Positions 12,250 to 26,065 of a stretch of 64,000 bases of DNA are shown in pieces (position 1 is the stretch's first letter; every line of letters begins with the position of its first letter). The translations under genes were made by a program, and so were the position numbers. The notes beneath the pieces were generated by a model that saw nothing but the letters and a program-made list of their open reading frames with translations, had not been told where the DNA came from and did not search any database. Source of the DNA: Octopus sinensis (lineage: Eukaryota); assembly GCF_006345805.1 (NCBI RefSeq), contig NC_043026.1:4526001-4590000 (forward strand). The letters run 5' to 3'.

Positions 12250-14451
12250 ATTATATCAGAATCTGAATAACAAACGTTTTTTTTCTGGTCCCTCCAGGTG
12301 CATCAAGAAAAAAATACCCGCTTTTTGTTTCTGCATATGGTCAAAGATGGTACTGTAAGCCCTCTGTTGCTCAGGCAGAAGTTTGGGCTCCTTTTGCTGG
12401 ATGTATTGATTAAGGGCTTCAGTATCATAGGACGTTTCACGTATTAACTCTGTTGGTACTGAAGGCGTCCCGTGGCACACTGGTTGCGGCAGCCCATATG
12501 GAGGTAAGGTATGACCTCCCAGAGAAACAGTCTTGTTCTCTATGTCAAGTAAAGCACAGTTGTAAATGAAATCATTTTCAGCTGGCAAGCAGGTATGATG
12601 CAGTTGGGCCTGGTAATGGAAGTCTTCTGGTCGGTCGTGTCTGTTCTTTAACCACAATGAATGGGGATTGGGAAGTTGGCAAATGTGCAGGAGTACAGAA
12701 AACAGAGCTCTGAGACTTTTTGCTGACTGTGAAACAGCAGCCTCTGCAAGCATAGCATCCCACTGCACACCGTCTTCTAGCAGCCCATGTAGTAAGCAAG
12801 CCTCTCTGAATGTAGCACATGTATGGCCATTCACAGCCTTTAATTGGTCGAAGGACTTTGGGCCCTTTACCTCGTGAAGCAGCAATCGGAGGTAGAAGCA
12901 TTCTTGTTGGCCCGGGTGAACCGTGTACTCTCTGCCGAGGCAATTATCAAATTTAATCTCAGGGTGACCATCAACGGTTCGGCCTGACTTCCTTCACTGC
13001 TACTTATTCCATGTGTAGTATGACGGGACTTGAGGATAAAGCAGATCTTGTGCAAACAGGTCTTACCTGGCAGAGTTTGAAGAAAGCCGTGAGTGTTGTA
13101 TCTTTTGGTTGCTCAATCAGTCGAGCAGCAGTGGAAGCGGTGAAGTATACACGCTCTCCGATTTCAAGGTGCACTGCAAGCTGCTGGATTGGCGGATGCC
13201 TTTGATGCAGTGGAAACCCGAAAATGTGCCAAAAGGCTTCGTTACTACTTATGTACCTGCCTACTTGGTATTGCGTTATTTCATCTCGGACTCCGTCTGG
13301 TTGCAGGCCATACACAGCAGCATCAGCGCCTTTGTTGATGTACTTGCACACATATTTGATGGACTTTACAGAATGGCAGAGCTCGACATTTATGTGAGCA
13401 TCGAATGCCTTCGACAGGATTGGGCAGTAAGGCACTATCCATCTGTTGTCTACTTCATACGGACCAACATGTGCGGTGAATCCACCGTCCTTTGCTTTCC
13501 GTCATGGAAACGCAGTGATCTCCGTCTAGGAATGAACAGTGTCTAAGAATGGATTTGGGTGAACAATTTTAAACATTGGACTTGGCAAAAACTAAAAAGT
13601 TAGTGCTCCAAATGGCGTAGTTTAGCGTTAGTATGTTTGAATAAATGTTTGGCAGCGGAAGTTTGTAACGTAGTAGTGCACTGAGCCCCGGCAAAGGATG
13701 ACTTTTGCTTAATTAAGAGTGTCAATAGGGTGAGTAGGGGTGCAAAAAAGTGATGATGCACGCCTTGTTGTCTCTACTCCCTAAGTAACACCATACACAG
13801 CAAGTAAGGCATGGGTATGGTTAACGGAGAAGCTATTGCAAGCAGTAATAGGGCTTCAAAAGCTTTGACGTGATTTTTTACAATGAACCACCGCTATGGC
13901 CCTCGACTAAGAACGCCTATTGCTCAATGTTACACATTGGAACTTGCAAAGAGTATGGAACATGGGTTCTTTTGCTGTCTTTCTTCAAAGTAACAAGTGT
14001 AGCAATGGAATGACTAAACGTTTGGCAACTGGCTTTTTTAAGGTAGCATTACATTGAACCCTGGCAAAGAAAGGGTAAGTGCTTCATTTATTGGGCCAAA
14101 AAATGTGTCAAAAGGGTAGCTAGAGGTGCAAAACGTGTTGGTGCATGATCCTTTTTGCTCTCTCCCCCCAAAATAACACATTAACGTGTAAAATGGAGCA
14201 ATTCAGGCGTGAACAAAAGTTCAGCAACACATGTGCGCATAAGGTCACTTTATGTGTATGCCCCCCGATCATGCATGCAGGTCACGGGGGTGATTTCCTC
14301 TCCATGATCTAACTCTGACCTTGTGGAGCATGTGTATAAATTTTGAGGTCAATCGGACGTTGAATGTGGATTTCTATAAAAAACATAAATGGCTACAGAC
14401 ACACTGACACACAGGCACACACACACAAAAACTCAATTTTATAAATATAGA
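12250..14451 (-). mobile_element. Helitron derivative with RepHel coding fragments, truncated just after helicase Walker A
   Basis: PYCPILSKAFDAHINVE, KYVCKYINKG, DEITQYQVGRYISSNEA and LLHEVKGPKSFDQLKAVNG..TFREAC motifs; frameshifted APGGTGKT near 12280. A candidate 5' end TCTATATTTATAAA lies at 14451. Confidence 0.9.
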
Positions 14452-14859
14452 AGATGTGTGTGTGTTTATGTGTGCGTGTGTGTGTATTAAACTCTATATA
14501 CGTTTTTACGTGTGTATGGATGTGTAGATGTGTATTTGTATTAATGGATGCTGAAAGTGTGTATTTATGGAAAGATGCTGTATGTATATACAAGTATATG
14601 TGTGTATACATCATGCATGTATGTATGTGTTTTTATTTGCTTAGTCTGGAAGGCGGGGCAGAGCCCATGGCCTCTGTAGACCCTCCAACACCATGTCATT
14701 AATGTTCTGGTCTAACCCCTGCAAGAAAGATATGAGCAGGGAGAAGACAATTACGGTGGGTCGATGTTTCAGGGAGGAAAGAAGGACGGCGTGGATTGGT
14801 CAGACCAGGACTGAAGTTTGGATTGAAGAGAGGTGAGAGAGAGGAGCGGATCTGTGGTT

Positions 14860-15545
14860 GCTGAATGGGAGAGGGACATGAACAGCGACCTTCACAGGCA
14901 TGATGGAAACATGCCGGAGAGTAAAGAGTCTGTTCTTTAGGGGAATGCCAATCAGTTGAACAGCCCTTATTTGGACGTGGTCCAGGGTAAATGGTTGAGG
15001 CAGATTGGTGAGGAATGAAGGTTCATATTGACTCCATGAGGATGGTCATTGTTGGATTTAGCAATAAGCAGGTGATTGGCTTATGTGACAGAACCAAACC
15101 CCTGGAAGTACACGAGAGTTAATTTTGAATGAGATGGAATGAGCTCCATCAACATAAGTTGCAATGGTGTGATCTGATTGGAAGCTACTGACTGAAGAGG
15201 TGTGAAATGGGTAGAAACCATACGTGGGAATTTTCTTTTTTTTTTTTGTAGGAGATTCACATCCCAGACAGGGACAAAAGTTTTGTTGATGTCTTGGGGT
15301 AACAACGTGGCTTTTACTGAACATCTCAGAAATGTCATCCGGCTGGTGAATGACAAGAAACCGTCGGTCCCCAACGGATTGGGCTCAGCACAAGATGTGT
15401 TAATGGTCACTGGGCTGAGAGAGGGATTCAACGTGTTGGAGAAGGTCATTGTTTTCATTACCTGGGAGATGTTTGAGGTGAGAGCCATAGCGTGATACTT
15501 GATTGGGTTAAACGAGCTGCCTTTATTTGGAATGGGGCACACTGA
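14860..15545 (-). mobile_element. Degraded LINE RT fragment
   Basis: PIPNKGSSFNPIKYHAMALTSNISQVM resembles PIPKKG..SNYRPIALTS; a downstream frame gives LDHVQIRAVQLIG. Many stops. Confidence 0.6.
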
Positions 15546-16139
15546 AGCATGCCTGAAAATGTCAGTAATAATTGGAATTAATATGGATTTATAATCAACG
15601 TAGAGGAGCTTTAGGTTTCAAAGCAGTTACCCATAAATGTTCTCCTTCTCACTGATTGTATTACAGATGTATATATATATATATCTATATGTACGTGTAT
15701 CTCTAGTTATCTGTCTGTCTGTCTATGTAAATATATGTATGTGTGTCGGTGTGTGTATTTCTTAGCAGAGGTGTTGAATATATTTATCCTGCGGCAGTCT
15801 TTGCTGAGGTTGGTATTGTATCTTGCTGTAGCCAAAACATCATGTGACAGTAGGGGGGAGGAAGCCCCTTGATGACATTCAGGCAGCTGATGATCACATG
15901 TGTTAGTGCAAGGTCAACATTTACTGTTGTGTATCTTGGTTGGCAATTTAAGGGTTTCACTGTCTCATCTGTTCATTAGATACTCCATAGCTTTCTCCTG
16001 CTCTTGGGTCACAAATATAAAAAAAAAATCCCCCAAAATAACATAGCCTTCAAGACGTGAAATGGTGTACCAATCACAATTTGTTTTAAGGTGGCACTTC
16101 AGGTCACACTTCATTTCAAGTTTAAGGGAAACCATCATC

Positions 16140-16560
16140 ATCATTATCATAATCATTGAACATCTGCCTTCCATGCTGGCATGGGTTGGACGGTTTGACA
16201 GGAGTTGGCCAGGCAGCAGCTGGCACCAGACTCCTCTATCTGTTTTATCAGGGTTTTTATGGCTGGATGCCCTTCCTAAAACCAATCACCCAGCAGAGTG
16301 GACCTTTTTTTACATGGCACAAGCACAGGCGAGGTCAGTTTTGGCAAGGTTCTCACAGTTTGATGCCTTTCCAAATGCCAACCACTACACAGTGTGGACT
16401 GAATGCTTTTCACATGGCACCAGCGCTAGCAGGGCCACCAAGTGACTTGAAAGACAAAGGTCCTTTGAGAAGGGAGGGGACATTGGAGGAGATGATCTTG
16501 TGTCAGATGATGAAAGCTTACACTGAGACAGAAACAGGTGTGTTTCAGTAGAGGAGGTAC
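16140..16560. repeat. Interspersed repeat of uncertain class (SINE or LINE 3' tail)
   Basis: TTCCATGCTGGCATGGGTTGGACGG..GGCTGGATGCCCTTCCTAA recurs at ~33480-33580, 34080-34320 and mirror 56520-56930. Confidence 0.7.
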
Positions 16561-17074
16561 ATAGTTACCCGGGCCATACATTATTGTTTATAGTATAGAG
16601 AATGTTTGTGTTCTTGTGTCGGCTGAGGTAGGCTAGTCCTACGCACCTGGGTTCAAACGAGAGGTCAACAGAAAGCGAATGTTTATTGAAGAGTCAGTTG
16701 CAGGAACCGAAGGATGTTACAGACTTCATGCTTTAGCATTTGGTTTGATGTATCTATTTTTGCATCTGTTCTTTTTACACTGCTGTGTGATATCGTTCAG
16801 TGATATCAAACTGCCTTTAAACCCTGCCTGGTGTTACTCTGGCATGGGATCCACGACCTAAACGGAGATTACTTTAGGTTACTTTTTAGTTTATTTTCCC
16901 ATTTTTAAATACCTTTAAGATGTTGGCTAAAGATTTTTTTACAATAAATTCTTCTGTACTTAGCATTGTAAATGCATTCTTTCAAACTTCTTTCTATTTT
17001 AATGATGATAAAACTGTTTCCTGTAGGACTTAGTGAATAATGATCCTGTCTATTATAGGCAGAAAGCCTGAAAT

Positions 17075-17262
17075 TTGTGGGAGGGGCATAGTCGATTACA
17101 TTGACCCCCAGTACTCAACTGGTACTTAATTTATCAACCCCAAAATAATGAAAGGTAACGTCGACCTCAGTGAAATTTGAACTCAGAACGTAGCGATGAG
17201 CGAAATATCGCTAAGCATTTTGTCCAGAATGCTAATGATTCTGCCAGCTCACCTCCTTGACT
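17075..17262 (-). mobile_element. tRNA-derived SINE (second family)
   Basis: GAGCTGGCAGAATCATTAGC..GTTCTGAGTTCAAAT..TAAGTACCAGTTGAGTACTGGGG, with related copies at 31390-32840 and 55830-56040. Confidence 0.8.
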
Positions 17263-18999
17263 TCGAGAATAATGATAAAAAAACAAAAACAGGAATAAAA
17301 ATAAGCCACGAGTTTTGCAACGAAAGAAATGAACCTAAAGTACGATGATGGTAGTGGTGGTGGTGGGTGATGATGATGATGATTGTGGTGGTGATGATGA
17401 TGATGATGATGATGTAGACTGTCAAATGTACGAATGGAAAATATTTCAAGAAAGACAAAAAAAAACGGTCAAATTGGAATTAGTCAAGGGATAGAAATCA
17501 CGGGAAAACCAGAGTATTTCCCCCTCATCTGATAAAGTTACACGGAACTACCTAAGAAAGTTTGTATGTGGACAAACAAATGTTTAGAAATAGCAGTCAC
17601 GTATTTCCGAAATCCGTCAATGTTTTTTATAAAAGGAAGGACACTATTTAACACACACACACACACACGGGTGCAGGCGTTTCACTGCTTGACACCACAA
17701 ACAAGTATTTTCTATTATAACTTCTTAGAAACTGAAAGTAGCCTGTTGTACATGTATATATACAGGGTGTCCCCCACGCGAATGTATACACACTTTAGAT
17801 AATTGTAAAGTGGGTGTTTATTAATGTTACACGTTCATATCTATGTGTATGCGTAGATATACGTATATATGAATCATCCCACTATTAGTACTATTAGTAG
17901 TATAGTACTATTTTGTTAAGCGCATCTAGTAAGCAGTATGACCTGTGTCATTTACAGTTTGTGAACATGCCAAGTAAAGAAACGGGTAGAATCATAAAAA
18001 TGCCTTCAGTGAGTTGTTTATTATCTCACCACGAACCAAAAGAATACATAACACACTGGTTGTCATTAACAACAAGGTCCACATCAAATCTAATACTTTC
18101 TATACACAAAACTATATTACATCACATAATGTCGTATGGTGACTTGTATGTTTTAGGTTTGTTTGAATAGATTTTGCTTTTGATCACTGAGGTGGCTTTG
18201 CTTTCTTTTTTCCTCCTGAAATACTTGTGAACAGTTTTCGATACGATTCTGCCGTGTCTGCTGTGTTTAAACGATAGAAAGAAGACGGCAGGCGATAAAA
18301 TATATACACCAGGAAAATGGAGACGTTAAGAAATAGGTGACGATATTAAATAAAGAATATTGATTCACTGTTGGGTGAATTGTTAGAAAATGAGCATTTT
18401 TCGTTGCCTTTTGGAGCTGGCAAACCAGTCTGAGTTGGTCAGATATAGACTGCTGTTTCCAGACGTTCACTTGTGTCTTTTAGGTGAGTCCTAACCTCTG
18501 CCTCAAGGGACGAAGTCAAGAATTGCAGGGGAGCTGGTTCTGAAAGACTTGAATCGCCTCTCGTAAGTGGAATAGGAAATCTCTTAGGAGAGCTGTTTGT
18601 TGCTAGAGGCACAAAAACATGCGTCGACAAGACTAGGTTTAAATGCTGACTAAACTTTTTAAATGTTTACTGGTTGCACATGTAAGAATTCAGGAGAGAT
18701 GCAACGCATAAAAGGAAGGCATTTTCTGTTGGAAGTTGTTGATAGGATGAAGTGTGCAGGTGAGACATGTCTGTGAGACATGTGTGTCGATGTGGAGTGA
18801 GAGAATGGTAACTGTTGCAGCCTGTGATGCACAGGATTTAGCGACAACATTTTTCTATGAATCTCATTGTGAGGATGTTACCAGAGCCATAATTATATAG
18901 GTGTATGCAAGTATATAAATACTTGCATAAACTTACGTGTGTGTGTGCGTGCGTGCGTATGCTTACACGTGTGTTTGTCTATGTATACATATATATATA

Positions 19000-19148
19000 T
19001 ACGACGACGGGCTTCTTTCTGTTTCCGTCTACCAAATCCACTCACAAGGCTTTGGTTGGCCCAAGGCTACAGATGTGCCACGCAGCAGGACTGAACCCGG
19101 AAGCATGTGGTTCGTAAGCACGCTACGTACCACACAGCCACTCCTGCG
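19000..19148 (-). mobile_element. SINE 5' portion
   Basis: Same head as the 10585-10975 SINE. Confidence 0.8.
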
Positions 19149-19307
19149 TCTATCTATGTATCTGTCTTCTGTCTGTCTATCCATCTCTCCCTCTCTTTCT
19201 CTCTATCTGTCTACCTATCGATCGATCAGTGTGTGTTTCTACTTGGTTGAGTCCTAGAATAGAGGCCGAAAATGTTCTGTTCATTCTATCTTTGTTATAT
19301 ACATATT

Positions 19308-19555
19308 GGCTTGGTGCATAATTATTGCGGCTTTTTTCAACAAATTTCATTCAACAAAAACAATAACAACATGCAATAAAAACATCTTTAAATGATTATT
19401 CCGGAGCATATTCACCATCTCCTTCAATTACTGCTTCCTATTTGCTTGGCAGACGGTCAGACCGTCATTCAAAGATGTTTTTGTTAAATATTGTTATTGT
19501 TTTTGTTGAATAAAATTTGTTGAAAAATAGCCGCAATAATTATACACCGACTCAA
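19308..19555. mobile_element. Mariner-derived MITE (~248 bp)
   Basis: TA on both flanks, TIR TTGGCTTGGTGCATAATTATTGCGGCT resembling mariner TIRs, and an interior that reads LPSK.EAVIEGDGEYAPE on the minus strand (mariner transposase C-terminus-like). Confidence 0.8.
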
Positions 19556-20040
19556 TATCTCATAGATATACACGTAATATGGCCACAAGCAGAGAGACGT
19601 ACACACATGTTTTGTATATGACTGTGTACTTGTGGCTGCATGTGTTTATATTGGTGAATGTATGTATAAAACGCGTGTTATAATTCTGCGAGTTGGTTCC
19701 TGTGGATTCGCGTTCAAATCCATGACAAGGCAGAGGTAGAGAGAGGAAATCTATTTCCTTATTTCTCTTTCTATATTGAGTAAAAGGATTGCCTCACACC
19801 TACACATCTGCACAAATAGGACGGACGTCCCTTTCCATCACTGAACGACGTGGGTGTGTACGTGTTGGATGTTTGCATGTGTGTGTGTGTGTGTGTCTTG
19901 AGGACTCAGTAGTAGAATGGGAGGCTGAAACACTCCTTGTTAAACATACTACTTCCATAAACAACCAAACCCCAGACACTGGTACAGAGTGGAGGTTGTT
20001 GTAGATAAAGACAAAGTGAGAGAGTTAAATACAGACAGAT

Positions 20041-20093
<53 letters not shown>

Positions 20094-20110
20094 ATATATA
20101 TATATATCAC

Positions 20111-21630
20111 AAGTGGCGTGCGGTGACTTCGGCGTTGCTCCATGCTCAATAATTTCATTGCCCCCCCCCCCCCCACGGATAATTTTTCAGTAAAACTTTT
20201 CGTATTCCTGACTGATTTACATATAAGAGATTCTGAATATGGTCAGAATAAAACTAGGATATAAATAATGCTGTGCAGAGATATGATCCTGAAATAAGTG
20301 TATTGTTTGTATATTCTTTGCTCTTCGAAACGTCTAGTACTTTCCATCCTCATCCATCTCTTCCCTTAGAAAAGTCTAAAATATCATAAGTGAAGTGATA
20401 ATGTATATAAAGATGAAATGATCTGTCAATAATTTTGCATATTCAGAATCTCTGTTAAAGGTAGGATCCGAAAAAATTTTCACATAATTCGTTTTTCAAA
20501 GGGGTGGCGATTCTGCATTAGCCCCTATACTGATGTAAGAAGGTCGAACCTTACGTTATACACAACATCTAAGCAAACCTGTAATATATGCTCTTTATAT
20601 TATATATTTTTTTTATGTTTTAAATGTTACTTAGCTCATTTTAAATTAATTCAATTCTTCGATCTTTCTGGGCAAATACATCTATCACATTTTCATAGAA
20701 ATCTTCTCTTTTCATCAATTCTTGTAATAAATCTTTTTCAATTGACATTAGTGCTAACCCAGACAGTCTTCTTTCTCCTTCGCATTTCTTTGGTATGTTT
20801 TAATTCTACTTAATGCAGAAAGGATCGCTCTACAGAAGCAGTGGTAGACGGATTGTCAAAATCAACTTGCACAGATTGAAGAGTTCTGGCATAGCTTCAA
20901 CAAGATCAGTGCTGTTAATGTAACTCATTAAATGACTTACACTTGGTTTTTTAAAATCTTTCATTGAATACATCACATTGAGCTCACTTTGTAATCGTAT
21001 TACATCAAAAAATCTGCCATAAGTTGTTCTTAAAGAATCTAAAGTGTCCACAGGAAATTGTTTGCAATACTCATCAACTTTGTTGAAATTCAAAAGTTCC
21101 ATGAATTTAAACTCTTCTAAGGATGAATATCGTGCTTTTATTTGGTCAACTATTGTACTTATAATTTTGTTATAAAGCGTTCTATAATGTCGTTGGGGAT
21201 CAATAGATATATTCTTGGATCTCTGAATTCCGATTCCTGCATCGACTCCATATTTTTCCCCTAACCTATCATAAAAGACTGAAAAATTATTAAGTTTGTT
21301 TTCGAGTACAGTTCTAGTTTTATCTATTTGCTGTTTACAATACACTATGTCATGACTTTTACTCTGGAGTATGTTAAATAAGACGTCAGTAAAAGAAAAA
21401 ATGTCACTGAATACCTCTAACAAAAATAAGAAATCAGGAGCTTTTAAAGTGTGTAAGAATCCAATTGCTGAATTTATGGTGGTCTCATCCCATGCTTCAG
21501 GATTTTCAATGATGTGTTCAAAAAGGCTGATTATGAAATTATAATTTTCCTTTGTGGTAATAATAAGACGTGAGGAGTAATTCCATCTAGTTGCTGTTGC
21601 TTTCGGAAATCTTTTTTTAACAATATTATC
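20111..21630 (-). mobile_element. hAT transposon 3' half (ZMYM1/ZBED-like transposase with hAT C-terminal dimerisation domain)
   Basis: ORF 20830-21423 preceded by KRFPKATATRWNYSSR and followed in a shifted frame by STASVERSFSALRRIKTY. TIR-like AAGTGGCGTGC at 20111. The 5' half is missing. Confidence 0.85.
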
Positions 21631-24600
21631 TAGTCCTGTGGGTTAATGATATGTATAAGGGTGAAAAGGAACACACGAGTTGATATATATGAAAAAACAA
21701 GTAAAAAATAGAAAATGCTAAAATAATTTATACATATCATTAACCCACACGAGATACAGAAAATGCCGACAAAAACAGACACAATCACCTCCATAAACGA
21801 AGAAATACTGAAAGAACTCAAGAAAATTAACACAAATTTGTCAACTTTTTTGAACAAATTCGACTCGACACTTCAACCCAATCGAGAGAACAATGAAGAA
21901 ACAGATACGAAAAATACAACCTCCGAAATTGTCGAAAACCTTGGAAACTTATGCGAAACAATTAGAACATTTTTCTCTAACAACGCTAACCAAGGACCTC
22001 CAAACGAGTCAATATATGGGATCAATACTCTAACAACATACCAAATGAAACACCACATAATACCACAATGGAACAAATCACTCAGAGATAGAAAGTTCGC
22101 CTTTTGGAAGATGATCCAAAACAACAACAAAGCGGATATATACGAAAAATGGCTCAACCGGACCCCGTTAATCCTCCCACGTAAATTCCAGTTCAAAGCT
22201 ATTACAGAAGAACCTGAAACACAAAGACACCTCAGGGAGAGAATGGCACTAGAAAAAATGAAAATGGAAATAGAACTTCTGAAATTGAGAGCCCAAACGA
22301 ATGAGGATAAAATAAAATCCACCGATGAAGATATCAACGAAGAAATTCGCAAAATAACCCAAGGCCCAGATCAAGAGAAGTTCTCCAAACTATGGAAAGA
22401 GGACTGTGAAAAAGAAGAACTAAAATCTCTCCAACGCTGGGAGAAAAGCGCCACCTGGTTCTCAGACTATGAAGCCGTCTTTCAAACAGAGCACGCCTCC
22501 AACAACCCTTTCCAGAAAATAAGAAAACCAAAACAACACCCAAACACCGATACACACCTGTCTAAAAATCGGAACCTTCACTACTATCAAAAAAAGAATA
22601 CAGGACCTAACCCTAACTCTGTAAGCAGCCAGCGATACAATATCAGGAATACCCCCACTTCAAGCAGAGAAAGGATAAATCAAACCCACAGCATAGACAC
22701 TGCAACCTCATCCCCACCCAAAGGAGTACCAACGAAATCTTCGTCCCATTAACGGTTAAACAACCATGCACAACAAACCCACACCACTTGCAATGATTAC
22801 CAACGAAGGCCTCCTAGAACACCACACCCGAATATGGGATATCGGGATGCTCTCCTCAATACTGCTCCAAGAACACACACCATAAATCACAACAGGAGAC
22901 CCCTAATCAACAAAGAACAACTATATACTAGCTACCGTCCCAACCACCGCATTCATTTTTTAGACCCAATACGCAAACACAGAGACACAAGATAGCACCA
23001 AACAAGCAGGAGGAACCAAAAGTAATAAAAATTATTAATCTAACTCACAAGGAACTAACAGCAAACCAAATAAACATACTTTCCAAAGGACTCAAGTTTA
23101 CACCCACACCACAACACCCCAACTACAATGAAATGAAAGAAGACATCGCAGAATTCTGCCGAAAATTAAGACTTACTGAGGAGCTATACGATAAATACAA
23201 CGAGGACGAATCGTTAGCCAGAAATAGGAGTAACTACACCCCCTCGAAAGGTAAGAATAAAACACTTGATGATTTCTGTGACCACATATCAAATTACCCA
23301 TATCAACATATGCACAAACAAAAACACAAACCAAACTTCAGCAAAAAAGAATGGGCTGAGTTGAACAAATTAAAACTAGATAAAACAATAACAATCAAAG
23401 AGGCCGATAAAGGGAGTGCTGTTGTCTTAATGGATACGACATTTTACATAACTTTGGTACTTTCTATGCTGGAAGACACAACATACTATGAAAAGGCACA
23501 AAACTACAGTCAACAAAAAATAATGAGGGAACTAAAATCCATATTAAACCCATACAAAGCAGGGCTGACCGACAAAGAATATGATTATATGACCAATTTC
23601 ACAAGTAAAACTAGCCAATTCTACGGTATACCTAAGATCCACAAAAGTGAAAAAATAAGCAACGCATGCAAGATAGCTACAGACAAAATAATTAAAGTCC
23701 CTAATCCTAATGACCTCAAATTGAGACCCATAATAGCAGGTCCCGCATGCGAAACCCACCGCCTCAGTAACTTTTTAGACACCCTGTTAAAACCACTCCT
23801 CAAACATGTCAAAAGCTATATAAGGGACGACTTAGATATGCTCAATCACCTACCGAATACTATAAAAAAAAACACCATACTGGTATCCTTCGATGTAGTC
23901 AACCTCTACTCCAATAACCCCCACAACCTAGGACTAGAGGCAATCCAATTCTGGCTAGAGAATCACGCCAACGAACTACCACACCGCATCAAAAAAGAAT
24001 TTGTGATAGAAGGGGTAAATTCATCCTGGAAAATAACTTCTTCGCCTTCAATGACAACTTCTACCGACAAAAATCGGGGACTGCGATGGGTACACGAATG
24101 GCCCCCTCCTTTGCCAACCTAGTCATAGGATACCTAGAGATCAGTCTGTATCGTAAGGTTCTAGAAAGATATGGCAGCCCTTTCTCCATCTACATAGAAA
24201 ACAACTGGAAGAGATATCTAGATGACTGTTTCATCCTTTGGCATAAAAATATAGAAAAACTCATAGAATTCCAGAAAATTTTAAACGGACTGGACGTAAA
24301 CATCCAATTCACGATGGAATATAGCCAACAACAACTCCCCTTCCTCGATATCCTCATTAAGAAAGCTAATAATATAATAGAAACAGACATATACTATAAG
24401 CCTACAGACTCTAAGCAATATCTTCCATTCAATTCATGCCACCCCAGACACACCAGGATGAATATCCCCTTCAATCTAGCAAAAAGGATATGCACTATAG
24501 TCTCTAACGCAAACACCAGAGACACACGACTACAAGAACTAAAAGATACCCTAATCACCAGGAACTATCCACCTTCACTTATTGACAAATGCATTCAACG

Positions 24601-25399
24601 TGCCCTTCAACTTAACATCAAGGAACTGAGACATCCCAAATCAAAGAAAAACTTACAACCAAAAGCCTTACCATACATCTCCACCACACAACCCTCTCAA
24701 TAACGAAGCCTTCGACACCATCCTCCACAACATACCCCTCCTAAAAAAAGACCACAGAATGAACACAATCCTCCAAACACACACGATCATAAAAAGCAAA
24801 AGACAGCCTAGATCCATGAAAAGTCCCTTACACAAGCCCGAATTCACTCTTCAACACAGAAGCCGACAGTAAAAAAATGTGGAAGACCCAATTGCGGGAT
24901 ATGCGACTATCTAATCGAGGGTTCTGAGTTCTCCTTCAAACAGGGACAACGTTTTACAGTGAAAAGCAACTTCACATGTGCTTCGGAGAACCTAATATAC
25001 TCACTAACCTGCTCCGGGTGTCAAGAGCAGTACATAGGCCAAACAAAAAATGGTTTGCGTAAACGAATGGCCCTGCACAGATCCCAGATAAAAATTCCCC
25101 AAAACAGAAAAATAGCTTTTAGCCAACACATAGATACTTGCGCCAACAAAAAAACACCAAACTTCAGAATTTTCCCCCTCTACCAATTTAGGGACGATAC
25201 AACCTCGAGACAACGAATAAGTAAAGAAAATCTCTTCATTACAAAATACAAGCCACTTCTTAACGGGTCTACGACAAACAATTAATATACCTCAACTTTA
25301 GAATAAAAGAAAAAAATATATATACACACACAAATACTACACTCCATAGAATCCATTACTAATCAGCCCCTTCATAGCTATATTTACACCCATTCATAT

Positions 25400-25670
25400 T
25401 CTCCCTTCTCTGTTTTTTCTTCTTCTTCTTCTTCCTCTTCTTCTTCATCATCATCGTTATCATCATCATCGGCATCATCAACATCGCCACCATCATCACC
25501 ACCATCTTCTCCTTCTCCTCCTTCTTCTTCTTCTTCTTCTTCATCATCATCGTTATCATCATCATCGTCGTCATAATCATCACCACCATCACCATCATCG
25601 TCATCTTCTCCTTCTCCTTCTCCTTTTTTCTTCTTCTTTTCTTCTTCTTCTTCTTCTTCTTCTTTTTTCT
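25400..25670. repeat. Compound (TTC)n/(ATC)n trinucleotide tract in the PLE 3' region
   Basis: Direct inspection; contains an internal ~100-bp duplication. Confidence 0.9.
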
Positions 25671-26020
25671 CCACCCCCTACCCCTTAAGTTTGTCACTAA
25701 TGTTTTTTAGTATAACACCTACGCTAATTCTATAAAGAAGCCTGTCAATATAAATATTCTCCTAAATTGAACTGAGACTGCCAGCCGCCACTGACCATTC
25801 AAAATACGACCATCAGGGCACTCCCAGATTCTCCCACCCCCCTTTCCTCACCAGCCTTCTCTCTACTACCCTACCAAGAGCTCACAACTACCTCGAACAC
25901 ACAAGTGCAAACAAGGGAGTCAGAGAAAGGCAGAATGCCACTTAAATCTGAACACTACTATAGAAATATTCTTTTAAAAAAACTTTTCTTCTAATTTTTC
26001 TAAATTTAATTATTTAATCG

Positions 26021-26065
26021 TTACAGTTGAAAAGGTCTCAAAATGACCGAAACCGGTACTGAAAT
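26021..26065 (+). ncRNA. Hammerhead ribozyme motif with U3:A8 core variant
   Basis: ttacag-TTGAAAA (26027-26033)-GGTC-tcaaaat-GACC-GAAA-CCG-GTA-ctgaaa. Confidence 0.7.

Larger units (their letters stand above)
8409..20045. repeat. Left outer arm of window-scale inverted duplication (partner 53050-64000)
   Basis: Same order of paralog B, ZNF, SINE, Helitron, LINE and MITE in reverse complement. ORF pairs such as 13004-13435 and 59660-60091 are nearly identical. Confidence 0.97.

Noticed and set aside
12578-13546. Alternative-frame and antisense ORFs over the Helitron (also over the LINE, PLE and propeller regions)
   Set aside because: Shadow ORFs of real coding sequence with no independent motif.
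25359-25697. Acidic and Lys/Met-rich ORFs
   Set aside because: Antisense translations of a (TTC)/(ATC) tract inside a PLE 3' region.
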